From: Neoconidiobolus thromboides FSU 785
Taxonomy: Eukaryota; Fungi; Entomophthoromycota
Length of the DNA: 64,000 nt
Direction: 5' to 3'
NCBI GenBank assembly: GCA_025603075.1
Contig: MU626269.1
Coordinates: forward strand, 145,838 to 209,837
Within the stretch, counting starts at the first letter, position 1, and each line of letters starts with the position of its first letter. Position numbers and translations under genes: made by a program. The notes beneath the pieces are model-generated. The model made no database searches and was not told where the DNA came from. It saw only the letters and a list, made by a program, of their open reading frames with translations. Positions 49,852-63,639 of the stretch are shown piece after piece.

Positions 49852-50541
49852 TTTTAAATTGATATTGTTATATAAAAAGTTTTATTCTTTTAATTAAGAA
49901 TCTTGAGCAGATATTTTTTGTTGAGTTAGATTTAATCCAATCATAATTGTTGTCATTTCATCAATAGAAATAAAATTTAGTATTTCTATTAAGAAATATG
50001 ACATTATATAAGTCTATCTAATCAATAAAGATTTTGTTGTTTACTTGAACTTATAAAATACTCTCACAATTCAGTAATTCAATATGAAAAATTAATACCA
50101 TTTTTACTTTATTAACTATTTCATTTTATTTTAAAAATTATTAAGTTTATGAAATACTATAAATAGAACTTATTTTATAATGTAAGAATTTATTGCTATT
50201 GATGATATCTATTTCATTTTCAAAGTAAAATATTAATGAAAAACACTTTAAGTTTATCCGAATAAGTTTTATAGCTAATAGCATCACTTTTCAAACTTAA
50301 CTTTAACAACTAAATTAAATAAAAAACAATACCCGCTTCTACTTCAACTTTCACAGTTTCTCAAAAAATCATCGATTTTGTTCTAAAACTGGAACTCAAA
50401 GTTATTTTTCCTTTTAATTCAATAAAAAATTAGTCATGCAAACAAAAAAACCAGCATTTGAAATCCGAAATCACTTATTATAAACTTCAAAGTTGGAAAC
50501 ATGTCAACTTAAATCAATTCTTTTATTTAAATTTAAAAAAA

Positions 50542-51916
50542 ATGTCATTAAAAGGAAAAACTTTATTAATTACTGGCGCTTCTCGGTAAGTCATACATTC
50601 ACTTATGTATTTTTGTCAATTAATTTTAATATTTACAGTGGTATTGGTTTAGCAGTTGCTATTCGAGCAGCAAGAGATGGCGCCAATGTAGCTATTCTAG
50701 CTAAAACAGCAGAAAGTAATCCAAAAGTAAGAATATTCTCGTTATTTAGAACCAAGTTGAATTTCAACATTAAATTAGAATATAACTAATTAATAAACTA
50801 ATTCAATAGTTACCTGGGACTATCTATTCCGCTGCTGAAGAAATACGTCAAGCAGGTGGAAAGGCATTACCTATTGTATGTGATATACGTTCTGAAGAAC
50901 AAATTATTCAAGCTATTGAAAAAACAGTAGCTGAGTTTGGGGGCATTGATATTGTGGTTAACAATGGTAAGCTAAAAAGAATCAGTTTTTTTTATAGAGA
51001 AAAGTTTACTAATTAATATTTAATAATTAGCATCCGCTATCTTTTTAAAAGGTACTGAAGGAGTCAATGGTAAACGATATGATTTAATGCATCAAGTCAA
51101 TGCTAGAGGTACTTATTTGGTTTCTAAGGTAAATTAATTGAAAAACGATTTTTTTATAAAAAAAAGTTTAAAAACTAATATACATCAATTATTTTTAGTA
51201 TGCTCTTCCTTATTTAAAAAAAAGTAGTAATCCACATATCTTAAATATGGCTCCACCATTAGCTATGGAACCAAAATGGTTTAAGAATACAGTGGCTTAT
51301 ACTATGGCAAAGTAAGTTTCAAGCTCTCTTTATTATTATTTACTGATTTAATTTGTTAAATAGATATGGTATGTCCATGTGTGTATTAGGTATGGCAGCT
51401 GAATTTAAGGAATTTAATATTAAAGTGAATGCTCTTTGGCCATATACCGCTATTTTAACAGCTGCTCTTCAAATGATTGGTAAGTTTTATTCTAAGTTGA
51501 TAATTATTTATATAATGAATGAATCAATTTTTAATACTTTATTTTTATTTTGTTCTTAGAAGGTAGTAATATACCTGAAAAATGTCGGTAAGTCAAATAG
51601 TTATTTCTACAAAATAAGTTATTTATTAATCTTTTTTTAAAAATAATATAGTAAACCTGAAGCCATGGCGGATGCTGCTCATCTTATTTTAACTAAGGAT
51701 GATATTAAGTTTAGGTAAGTTATTTATTATTTTGTTTTATTTGTTTATTAGTATTTATGTAGTGGAAATTTCTTAATTGATGAAATTGTATTACGTGAAG
51801 CTGGTATTGATATGGAACAATATTCTGTTGTCCCAGGATCTAAAAATTTTGAATTAGATGGCTTTTTAACTAAAGAAATTCATCAAAGAATTCATCAATT
51901 AAGAGCTAAACTTTAA
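50542..51916 (+). CDS. HSDL2: Short-chain dehydrogenase, HSDL2-like (SDR domain only), about 9 exons
   Basis: LKGKTLLITGASRGIGLAVAIRAARDGANV, AKTAESNPKLPGTIYSAAEEI, GGIDIVVNNASAI, AYTMAKYGMSMCVLGMAAEF, MADAAHLIL. Confidence 0.93.
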
Positions 51917-52037
51917 ATAAACAATTCCTCTTTTTTTATCTATTTATTTATTATTTTATTTTATATATTTTATATATTAATATAATATCAAATAACTATT
52001 CTATTCTATTTTTATTTTTATATTTATTTAAAATCAA

Positions 52038-53300
52038 TTAAGCCATAAATCCCATTTTTTTAATAACCCCTCCCTTTTGTTGAATCTTTTCTATTTCTTC
52101 TTTCTCTTCCGAAATCCTTAAATTTAAAGCGTGTAAGGCATTAGAACCGATAGTTTGAGCAGTCTAATTTTAAAAAATCAATTTTCATCATTAATAATAC
52201 GGGTTATAAAACTAATAATAAAATAGAAAACAGAACAAAAACTTACAGTTAACATTTCAATTAACATTGAAGGGTCAATCGATTTATCCCCGCTTTTTTG
52301 TACCCCACAAATATTTCCTTTGGAATTAATAGCTACATGTAAAGCTGCATCTGAACAATGCTCCTCCATATTAGTACTATCTAATATATACCGATCTCCA
52401 ATCTAAATAAATAAAAATAATAAATAAAAACAAGTATTGTTTTGGTATATTATATTTTTACAATAATAATTACTTTTATTTTTATTTTTATTTTTATTAT
52501 TATATATAGTATAAAATAGACTTACTTTTGATAATGTTGTTAAAATAGGTACATTTTCCCAACCTGGAACAGGAATGGACTGATTATCATCATCGATTAC
52601 TTCAAATTCAAATTGATTATCACCAACATCTTCAATAACAGTCATTGGAAGTCTTGTATTAGCTAGAGCAGCATAGATAGCATAAGATATAGCATCAATC
52701 AAATTCCCAGAGATACCTAATACCTAATTAAAATTTGTAGTAATTCGATAAGTGTTGAGTCTATAAATGGAATTTGATTAAATTACTAATGCATCTATGT
52801 ATAAACACCAGCAAGCATTTTTGGGTATTATACATAATTTTTTTAAATCGATACCACCTTGTGGTCCACATAAGCCTCGCTGTAAAATTTGAGCTATTTC
52901 AGAACTAACTTCTTCATTTAATTTTGTTTCAAATTGATTCACTGAATTTGGAGAACTATTTAAAATAAAAATAATCAATAAGCATCCCACAGCAATCATC
53001 AATATAAACATTAGTTATAATAATCATCACAATTAATTTTACTTACCATTCCACATTGATTTTTAAATAACCTTCATCAATAATCTCATTAGTTGGTAAT
53101 ATTGGTTCTGTTTCTGCTTTTATACCAACTAACACATCGGTACCATCTCCTAATCGACATCTAGCTGATCCGCTTGCATGTGCTAATATTCCAGTTTCAA
53201 TATAAATTTGACGATAATCTTCCCTTCCTCGTCCATCCGTTCTTATTCCAGAATCAATTCCTTTAATAATATAATCTCGTTCACTGATAGAAATACTCAT
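52038..53300 (-). CDS. RRP42: Exosome core subunit Rrp42 (EXOSC7), RNase PH-like, multi-exon
   Basis: ISISERDYIIKGIDSGIRTDGRGREDYR, GSARCRLG.GTDVLVGIKAE, GIDLKKLCIIP..CWCLYIDAL, GNLIDAISYAIYAALANTRLP, VDSTNMEEHCS. Confidence 0.93.
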
Positions 53301-53533
53301 ATTAAATGAAGTTTTGATTTTTTAAAAATTGGTAATATAAAGAAAAAGAAAAAGAAAATTGAACTGAAATATTTTGAATTTTTAAAGATTGATTTTTTTT
53401 AAAGATATATATCTAATTATAAAGTATAAGAGCAAGGGTAAATATTAAAAATTTAGTTTAAATAATTTAATGTATTTAAAAAAGAAATTTACTTAATCTT
53501 ATTTATTTAAACTTCTAAATATACTCAACTAAC

Positions 53534-54756
53534 TCAAGTCAAATCGACCGGACAATCTAACATCCCATTTGGGCCAAGTAACCCACTTAAAAGAACTCTA
53601 TTTTCTGATTCAATACCACCAATAACAGTTAAACTAGACATAGGTCCTTGTTCATCCATCAACAATGTTTCAACCTTAAAATTTTTACCATAAAATCTAC
53701 CATCCCCAGTTTCATTAGAAATTCTAACAGCAATAGCAGGAATTGGGGCAAGATTATCCTTACCAAAATTCTCAAAATAATCAAATACTTTATGTGTCTT
53801 TGGAAACCCAGCAATATAGATTCTACCACTGGATGGATCTACTTTTATATTATCTGGTAAGAAACTTAATTCTATTTTATCTTTGACTTCTAATTCTCCA
53901 GTTTCAATGTCTCTAGTAAACATCCAAACCCGACCACCCTTGTTCTCTGCTAAATACAATTCATCTTTAGCATAATTTAAAGCTAATCCATTGGCAGATA
54001 TAATCTTTGAAGCTACAGTTGAAAGTTCTCCTTTAGTATCTCTATATAATACCTTTCCGTTTCCGATAATTCCATGACTTTCTAAATATTGAGACACTCC
54101 AGATATGTTTTCGCTTTCTTTTGATATATAGAATGAAGTAGATGTTACAAGTACAATGGAATTTAAATTTATGAATGTTTCATCTGTAATACTTTCTTTG
54201 TGTACTACTTCATCGCTGCCAATTTTATAAGTGAAATGCTCAATATGATCAAGGCCACCAAGTAAATGATTGATAGCATAAATATGATTTAACTGAGAGT
54301 CCTTATCATCTTTAATAATATCAAAACCATGGATAGCAAAGTTAATGTTCTTTGGGAATCCAATCATATTCAATTTTTTAGCTTTCTGTTGAGTATAATC
54401 ATAAGCATAAAAATGGGACATTTTACCAAATGGTATTCCTGTTTTTGGATTATAATGTTTACTAACCCAATATTTATTTGTAGTATAATCTTCTGGACAC
54501 CCAAAGATAGCAAACTTAGAATCATAATTAATAGCTAAATCTTCACATCCTTTTAATTCTATAATAAAATTATTAACATTATGCATTTATCTAGTTTATA
54601 AAAATATTTACCAGGAATGCTTTTACAGTTTGATAAATCTGATTGTTCAAAGGTAGTCAAGAAAGATTCTGTAAAGAATAACAGGGTAATGAAAGGGTAA
54701 AAGTAATACCCTAAAATAGCTATTATTGCTAAACTGAGATTAAGTAGTATAGACAT
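53534..54756 (-). CDS. Paraoxonase/arylesterase-like six-bladed propeller (calcium-dependent phosphotriesterase family), N-terminal anchor, 2 exons
   Basis: GCEDL, FAIHGFDI, IYAINH, NSIV, SANGLAL, LPDNIKVD motifs characteristic of the PON family. Confidence 0.88.
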
Positions 54757-55889
54757 AACTAATAACAGAGCACTTTTTTTAATATAATTAGCTTTTAAAT
54801 ATTTTGAGTTAGATTTTAATTTTTTATAATTGTTTCTAATATTGTTATATTATTGGTTGATATCAGTTTCTATCCTTTATTAAGCTTGCTATTGGCGAGA
54901 TTTAATAATTATTTGAAAACTTTTTCAAGTTATAGTTTATTTAGTGATGTGTTATTATTATATAATGAATTATGGTGTAGATGTCAACTTGTTGAATGGT
55001 TATTAGAAATTAAATAAAATTTAAAACATTTTTTAAAACGATCCTTTTACTTAGCTGAAATGACATCAGCAACTCAAATATTAAAAAATAGGCATTTCAA
55101 TTAAATTTATAGCTAAAATTTGCAAAATAGGTATTGTAGTTTTTACATCATGACATAATTATCTCTAAATTCATTTATTAGATTCTCGTTTTATTATTAG
55201 AATATGAATACGTGATGAAATATTATTTGAAGTATTTCTCCATATTAATCGTTTGTTACTCTTTGGTTATAACAATGAGTATTTCGACTTGTACATATAC
55301 TAGAGATTCCTTGATGAAAAACAAAACTATTAAAATTCATTATTTTAACTTACATTTATAATCATGTGTAGTACTTTTAGATTTAGGCGCTTTTAAAAAA
55401 TTATTAGTAGATGGCTAGTAATAAGGCTAGAATTATCTAATATGGTCAAGAATCTAATAAAACCACTATTGTGGCTTGTAAAGCATTAATAAATGGAAGA
55501 GTAACAAGGATAACCAATAAAAGAGCTCATCACAAAACTCCTAGTTTCTTAAATTTAATAAATAGGGTCAATTAAAGGACAGCTATTTATCTGAGCTATT
55601 AGTTATTGGCTATTGTTTAAAACTCAAGCTCAAAGGTTTATGCCTAGAATAACAAATCAGTTTTCCGAAAACTCCAATCTCTGCTAAAATAAGGATTGAA
55701 ATTAGTAAGATGATTGGTGAATAATTGATTGAGTAACTTAAAGCCCAATAAAGCTTTAAGTTGGAATTTTATTCAAATATTCATTGGAATTTTTAACAAT
55801 TAAAAGGTTCTCATTAATAGTTAGTTATCATATCAACCACTAAGGTTATTTTTTTAAAAAAGAATCCTTCAAGTAAACTAGAATAAGTC

Positions 55890-57245
55890 ATGGAGGTATC
55901 TGCTCTTCTTTCCAATGATGGATATGACACCCATAAATATCAGTTAGAGGACTTTCGATTGCTTCAAACTTTAGGTAAGTTTTTAATAAAAGAGGCATAA
56001 AAATAACATAATAATGGTATGTAGGAACTGGTACTTTCGGAAGAGTTTATTTAACTAGAAATAAAATGTCATCTAATTTTTATGCTATGAAAGTATTAAA
56101 GAAAACAGAAGTAGTGCGTCTAAAGCAAGTAGAACATATCAACTCAGAAAAACAAATTTTAGCTCAAGTGAACCACCCTTTTATTGTTAATTTGTAATAC
56201 CTTTTTTAAAAAATTTAGAATTGTAATTTATAATTTTAAATATGTATTTTTTATTAAATTAGAAACTGCACTTTTCAAGACTCAGTGAACTTGTTTATGT
56301 TATTAGAATATGTACCAGGTGGTGAATTATTCTCTCATTTACGTCGTGCTGGTCGATTTACTAATCAAGTAACTCGATTTTATGCTGCGGAAATTGTATT
56401 GGCCATCGAATATTTACATAGCCATGATATTATTTATCGGGATCTTAAACCAGAAAATTTATTGATAGATACAATGGGACATATAAAAATTACAGATTTT
56501 GGGTTTGCTAAAAAAGTAGAAGATAGGTAAATAGGGAAATCTATGAAATATAGGCTATAACATAAAAAAGAGATATTAATTATAATTAAAATAGAACTTG
56601 GACATTATGCGGTACACCCGAGTATTTAGCACCTGAAATTATTCAAAGTAAAGGACATGGTAAAGCGGCGGATTGGTGGGCTTTAGGGATTTTAATATTT
56701 GAGATGCTGGCAGGGTAAATTTATGAAGAATTTAAGTTAGAACATATGATTAATATTACTTTTAGTTATCCACCATTTTTTGATGATAATCCATTTGGGA
56801 TTTATGAAAAGATTTTAATTGGTAAAGTCCATTTTCCAGCCCATTTTGATCCTTATGGTAAAGATTTAATTAAACGTTTGTTGGCTTCAGATAGATCTAA
56901 AAGATTGGGTAATTTAAAGGTAATAATATAATCATACTAATATAAAATAATAATATAATTAATCAATTTATTACTAGAATGGAGCACTTGATGTTAAAAA
57001 TCATAAGTGGTTTCGTGATATAGTTTGGGAGGCATTATTAAATCGCTCCTTTCAGGTAAATTAAACTATAAAAATGAACTTGTGAAAAAGATGACATATA
57101 ATAATAATCATTATAGGGGCCAATTGTACCTACTGTATGTCATGCAGGAGACACTAGTAATTTTGAACAATATGAAGAACCAGGACCAGAAGAAAGGGGA
57201 GGGGATTTAAGTGATCCTTACCGTCAGTTATTTTTGGACTTTTAA
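55890..57245 (+). CDS. TPK: cAMP-dependent protein kinase catalytic subunit, multi-exon
   Basis: [74 protein letters not shown]-terminal FLDF. Confidence 0.97.
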
Positions 57246-57828
57246 ACATTTAATAGGATATTAATTTACTTTGCTTCGAATTTTGTTTGTTTTATCAGCC
57301 CATTTAACTACTAATATAAAATAATTTACATTTTTTTTAAAATATTGTTCAAATTACTATTTTAAATGTAAATTTTAAATATACTTTGGAAAGGACTGAA
57401 AGCAGGCTTATAAGGAGGCTTTACTGTTTTAATTGTTTATTTGTATTGTTATAAATAGACTATTTCTTGTTACATCCATTGTTTTTAATTACTTTTATAT
57501 TTTAATGTTTTTATAGTTCCTTTTTGTAATTTTGATTATTATAAATAAAGTAAAATTTGAATTATAAAATTTGGTTTATTTTACTGTATTGTTTGTGTAT
57601 ATTAAACAAAATTGTTATTGTTTAAAATAGTTTAATTCATTTATCATCATTTTTATAATAATAATAACTCTCATTTCAAATAAAAATAACATTGTTAAAA
57701 AACCGCAATTAATTATTCATCAGATACAATCTAAATCTAAAAAAAGAACATTAATTAAACCAACTAAAAGGCATAGCGTAAAAATCCAAAATTCTACTTT
57801 CAATTTTTTTAAATCAAAATTTACAATA

Positions 57829-60420
57829 ATGAGTTTCTGGGATCAACATTATAATAACAAAAGCAGCAACAGTAATAGCACTAATAACAAACCCATCAAA
57901 TCTAGTGGCACTTCCTCCCCAGCTATAGATCCATTTGCTGATTTGGTAACTTTTCGTGAAAATCCAAGTGATACTAAGAAAACCATCAATCAACAATTAC
58001 AAGAAAATAAACGAGTGGATGTGAAGGTTGATAATAATTTTGTGATTCCTACTGAATGGCATAGTCCTGGGGGGAGCTATACTAGTGGCAGTAGGAATGA
58101 TAATAATACGAGTATGAATAATAATCAAAACAATCAAAAGCAAGATTATTTGTAAGTTAGATATAGATTTAATAATATTTTTTAAATTAATATATTACAA
58201 TTTATAGTTCTCATAATCAATTAGATTTGGACTTTTTTTCAAGTTTAGATGTTCCACAAAAGGTAAATTAAATAAACTTATCATAACCAATGGTTAACTA
58301 ATATAGCTTAACAGCTTAATAATAACAATAATTACAATAATAATAATAATAATAGTTCAGTTAACAATCAATCCGATAACTTGTTAGATCCCTTTTCAAC
58401 TTTTGATAAAAACACAAAATCAACCACAAATAATAATATAAATTCCGAATTTGATTTACTATCTGATTATAAACCCAATCCATCTCATACGAACACAAAC
58501 ATATCAACTAATGTTAATGATTTTTTTTCTGATTTTAAGGACGCCACTATAAAGCATGAATCAACTCATAAAACTAACTACAAAGAACCAACGGAACAAT
58601 TCAACAATTTAAGTATAAATGACGAAGATACATTGTTTGATGCTAAATTAGCCGAGTTATTAAGTTATGGTTATGATTTAGATTCAAGTAAAATGGCCTT
58701 AAGTATGACGAATAATGATGTTATTGAGGCTAAACAATTAATGGATGAACAAAAGAAAGTAGAATTACAAAATAAATCTAAGCCACCATTACCACAAAGA
58801 AGAGAATATGATAGCGATGATGACGAAGATAATTATTCATATGATTATAAAAATCAACGACAGGGCTTGTTCGATAAAACTAAATCATTGGCTACTAATT
58901 TTAATACGGACCAATTATTAAATCAAGCTAATGAATTAGGTACTTCTATGTTTTCAGCAGCAAATAAGTTGTTTATGAAATCAAAACAAACATTAAATAG
59001 CACTTGGCAAGATATTAAATTAAAACAAAGTAGTGGTACAGATACTCCTAATTCAAATAATAGTAGAACTTATCAATATTATGGGGATAGTTCGGATGAA
59101 GAGGAAGCGGATAATGGTGGTGATTTTGTACCTTTTAAAGATGAAGTTAGGGATTATAGTGTTATGGAGAATCAAAGGTCAACTAGCTTTAATGATAGAT
59201 TAAGTCCAGTTAATAGAGCTAGCCCGGTTGGTAGAGCTAGCCCATTATCTAAACCCAATTCAATTGGTAGAAATAGTCCTGTGTCTAGAGCCAATTTAAT
59301 ATCCAAAGTAGAGAAGCCATTACCAAAAGACAGTATCATAATCGACAATGCACAATTAAATTTAGTGGAAAATATCAAAAATGAAGGCAACCATTATTTT
59401 AAATTAGGTCAATTTACACGCTCAATTGAAAATTATACAAAGGCAATTGAATCGATACCAAATGAACATTCCAGTTTAATAGTCATTTATAATAACCGAG
59501 CTAACAGTTATAGTAAAATGGGGAATTTTAAAAATAGTTTAAATGATTCTGAATTGGCTTTGAAAATTATTGGAGAAGATTATGAGTATGTACCAAAACA
59601 AAAATTGGAAGGAAAAGCGGGTTTAAATCTAAAAGATTATTACGTGAAAGGAATGTTAAGGAAGGCGGAAGCTTTAGAAGCTTTAGAAAGGTTTAAAGAA
59701 GCAGAGGAGACTTATGCTAAATTGCTATTTTTATCCAATTGTTCAGCTCATAATAAAGCATTGGAAGGCGCTCGTCGTTGTAAAAAAGGATTGGAAATGC
59801 CAAAATTGGAGAAGAAAGGTAGTGAGGCAGGTGGTAGAAATGACAAACTGGATTCTTTATTGTCTGAATTCTCTACCGATTTTGACAAGTTAACAGCAAT
59901 TAAAAATGCTAAACCTAAAGTATCAAAGTGAGTGAATTATTAAGTTTCAAATAATTTAATAATATTAATTTTTTATTTCTTATAATAGACAGGAAATCGA
60001 CTCTAGCGAAGCAGTTAAAAAAATACGAGAATTAGAAAATATTAAAAATCAAGAAGAAACTATACGAATACAAACAATCGATTCTATAGAAGCTAAAGTT
60101 AAATCTTGGAAATCAAGTAAAGAAGATAATTTAAGAGCATTATTAGCTTCATTAGATGATGTACTATGGGGAGAATTGAATTGGAAAAAGGTTCCAATTC
60201 ATGACTTATTAGATTTGAAAAAGGTTAAAAGAGTTTATATGTTAGCTATTGCTAAATTGCATCCGGATAAGGTAAGCTATAGTCATATTTTTAAGTAATG
60301 ATAATGATGTTTTTTTAGTTAACCTCATCCGCTACTGTAGAACAAAAATTATTAGCTGCTTCTATATTTACCACTTTAAACTTAGCTTGGGATCAATTCA
60401 AATTACAAAATAATCTTTAA
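57829..60420 (+). CDS. SWA2: Auxilin-like clathrin-uncoating co-chaperone (UBA-like + TPR + C-terminal J domain), multi-exon
   Basis: DPF motifs, LAELLSYGYDLDSSKMAL (UBA-like), KNEGNHYFKLGQF (TPR), WKSSKEDNLRALLASLD..LW, YMLAIAKLHPDK (HPD motif). Confidence 0.9.
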
Positions 60421-60462
60421 AATAAATAAAAAATAATTAGCATTTAATTCATTTTTTATCCT

Positions 60463-60810
60463 TTATCCAATAATCTTTTTTATTTTATCACTAACTTCTT
60501 CCACTTTTAATATACCCCCTTCAATCTTTTTACCATTAAAACATTTCATCAACCACTCTACTTGTTCTTTATCTAATTTAGCTAAACAATAACCTAAATG
60601 TTGACCTGCTTTATCCTTAGGTACATTAATAAAATGGATGGGCACTATCTTTGAAAATAACTCTTTGATCTTATAATGAGGTATACGACTAGAAATATTA
60701 CTTATTTTACAAGTTGAAGTTGAAATACTGGTTTGATAAGGTATCAATGTTCTCCTAGGGATTTTGATGAGCTTGGGCATCAGCTGGAATGTTTTAAAGT
60801 TGAGGAGCAT
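60463..60810 (-). CDS. Small single-RRM protein, possibly mitochondrial
   Basis: VPKDKAGQHLGYCLAKL (RNP1-like), MKCFNGKKIEGGILKVE; basic N-terminus. Confidence 0.7.
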   Translation of the reverse strand: MLLNFKTFQLMPKLIKIPRRTLIPYQTSISTSTCKISNISSRIPHYKIKELFSKIVPIHFINVPKDKAGQHLGYCLAKLDKEQVEWLMKCFNGKKIEGGILKVEEVSDKIKKIIG

Positions 60811-60980
60811 TATTAAATAAAAAAGTAATGAAAGAAAAGCTAAAAATTTTACGATTTGAATTTGGATTTTAAATAGCCAGGATGTGCAAAAATTGAAAAA
60901 TAAAATTGAAAAATAAAATATTAAGTGTATAAGATATTATTCTAATTTTATTATCTATAAATATAAACAGAAATCCAAAC

Positions 60981-61565
60981 CTAACTCTTACCGATAACTT
61001 TACTATCCCATAATAACACTACTTTATCCATATGATTGTCATTACCTTGAGAATACACCATACTGACAGTTAACTTATTATCAAACAGTTTTTTTGTCTT
61101 ATTATTCATGACCAACATTTCCACTGTATATTCAATGCCTAAATTGACAATTTTAACTAACACTAGCGGCAATGGTGAACTCAATACCTTATTAATACAA
61201 ATGGTTGAAAACCCAGAATTCGCTACCAACATACCAATAGTTTGACTTTTTTCATTAATTAATACACCTTCCAACTCTCTTACATATTTGCTTCCTAATT
61301 TATGTTTGGTATTTTTACATTGCACTATGATCGGTAGCTTTTTTTCTACTAGGTTCCAATACCCTCTTAAATCTATACCTTTATCATCTTTACCTCCAAC
61401 TTGAATGCTGCTGATGTTGTAATTTGATAGCTTTTTTAACGTTTGGTATTCAAACTCGCTGCCTTGATTGACATAGCTGTGTAACCCAGTGGGATGATGT
61501 AGATGTCGAATATGGGGTTGATGTAAATGAATTAGCCGTAGGGGTTTAAAAAAAGATTTTAACAT
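60981..61565 (-). CDS. RRG7: RRG7-like mitochondrial protein with restriction-endonuclease-like (DUF2034/Mrr-type) fold
   Basis: GSEFE, QVGGKDDKGIDLRGYW, IIVQCKN (PD-(D/E)xK-like QCK), VRELEG. Confidence 0.8.
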   Translation of the reverse strand: MLKSFFKPLRLIHLHQPHIRHLHHPTGLHSYVNQGSEFEYQTLKKLSNYNISSIQVGGKDDKGIDLRGYWNLVEKKLPIIVQCKNTKHKLGSKYVRELEGVLINEKSQTIGMLVANSGFSTICINKVLSSPLPLVLVKIVNLGIEYTVEMLVMNNKTKKLFDNKLTVSMVYSQGNDNHMDKVVLLWDSKVIGKS

Positions 61566-62395
61566 CTTTGAGTGGAATGTATTTGAAAAGTTAGTAAATA
61601 CAATGCTATTATGCTGTATGCTATTGTTGTTGGCAATTACCGGATAGATAGTTAATTGAAACTGAGTTATTGTAGCCTATTAATAATGTTAAAGTTGATT
61701 TTTTCACAATCAAAATAATTTAATTTTGGTGACAATTCTTTGAATTCCAATTAATTTAAACAAAGAAAAATTAAAATCCCGTTTCATTTTGTTCACCCTT
61801 ATACATCGCAAAATTTAAAAACAATAGAACTAAGATCTCTAAATCAGCACAACTTTGAAAAACATCTAAACAAGCTCAAAATATTTTTAAATAATAACTA
61901 AAATAAATCCGAACAAAAATTGAAGCAATATGTTGGAGTTAAGATAGTTTTGGTTGGAATTCGTACTGAAGCTAATTATCAGTTTGTTCAATTTGCAGGA
62001 TGACTTAAATTATTAGAGATACTTTTGAAACTACAGTAAAATTTGAAAAAAGATTATTAAACCAAACAATATAAATAATTAACTAATAAAAAATGCTTTT
62101 GTTTTTTTTGTAGTTTTTATGTTACAAAATAACAAAAAAGTTACTAACATAAAAATAATAAAGCACAAAAAACAAGACAATTCTTTTTTAAAAATCATTG
62201 AAATTTAATTAAAGAAGCATTGATTTTTGTGAAAATAATAGCTATTGATTAATGTTTTTGTATAAGTCTTTTTTTGAAAAGTTTTTATTTAAACAAGTAA
62301 ATCGTAATATACATATATATATTAATTATTCTAAGCTTATAATTTTTAGCTAAATAATAAATTTTATCTAAAAAATATATTAAAATAGCTAATAG

Positions 62396-62500
62396 ATATA
62401 GGGATGTATTTTTATGTTTAGGAATTTTACTAAGAATTTTTTTGTTTAAATAGCGCTTAAAAGATAGAAAAATGGTGAAGCCAAAAAAACACCCCCATAT
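62396..62500 (+). mobile_element. MITE family A copy 11
   Basis: ATATAGGGATGTATTTTT...ACACCCCCATAT. Confidence 0.9.
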
Positions 62501-63349
62501 GTATTGTAAAGGGCAAATATTTTAAATGAGTTTTCAAGTTGCTTATATTTTTGGTATTAGATCATGCAATATAGAATCCGATTGTATACTAACTATTAGT
62601 TGCTACTATCAGAATCACCTTTACTCTTAGGCTAATGCTGTACAATTTAATATTTTACCTTCAATGATGAATTTGCTAAATTGAATTTTAGTAATATTAG
62701 TATAAGGAATTGACTAGAAAATAAAATCCTTGATTGAGTTGTTAAACTATTAAACTACTAAACTATTAATCTTTAGCTTTTTAAATGGCTTGGCCTCTGT
62801 TCTATGACCTCTGAGTTATTTAACTAATTTTTTGTTTTAATTATTTAGTGAAATAAACTGTCATCAGAAAGTTCTAAATTTAGATTTTTGAAATTTTTAT
62901 CAATAAAAATATCTGATTTCAATATACAGCTGTAAAACTAGTATTGCTTTTTGAAATTAAGTTTAGCTTTTAAATTTTATTACTTTTTATAACATTTATC
63001 ATAAGTCTTTTTTATCTTAAAATACAACAATTAAAAGTTAATGTTATAACGCTATAAAGTATCAAATTAATCAGATAATTATTATTTATACAAAAGCGGC
63101 AATAAATATATTTATATTGTTATTATCATTGTTAAAGTAGAAATTCTCAGCTTTCCGCACATAATAAAGTACCTCAATAATTGATTTAGAATTGAAAAAT
63201 AATTATAATTAAATGAGATAAACTTGAATAGTTATGATACGAAAACTAAAACTAGATTAGTTTTTTTAAATTTAGAATAGTAAACGATTATTAAAAACTT
63301 ATCAAAACAAATATTATTGTACTCATATTTATATCTAATAGCTTTTTAA

Positions 63350-63454
63350 TATATGGGGATGTATTTTTTTGTAAGAACTTTACTAACAATCTTTCCACTC
63401 AAATAGCACTTAAAAAATGGAAAAGTAATGAAATCAAAAAAAACATCTACATAT
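63350..63454 (+). mobile_element. MITE family A copy 12
   Basis: ATATGGGGATGTATTTTT...ACATCTACATAT. Confidence 0.9.
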
Positions 63455-63639
63455 AGCAGTTATATTTATGATATTAAAAGTTTAAGAATGATGTCTAATC
63501 TAGATAACTCTAGTAAAATTAAAAGCAACATTAATGACAAAACTTAAAAACGATATTTAAAATTAGTCCGTTTAATTAAAATCTATTATAAATATATTAT
63601 TAACTTTTTTAATAATTTTATAATAGAACTTGCTATAAA

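Noticed and set aside
62113-62166. 11-bp inverted repeat TTTTTATGTTA/TAACATAAAAA
   Set aside because: Nearly all A/T, so likely to arise by chance in this composition.
2611-63454. Recurrent ~105-bp repeat as a CRISPR-like array
   Set aside because: Copies are dispersed, in both orientations, with TIRs and no regular spacers; the genome is eukaryotic.
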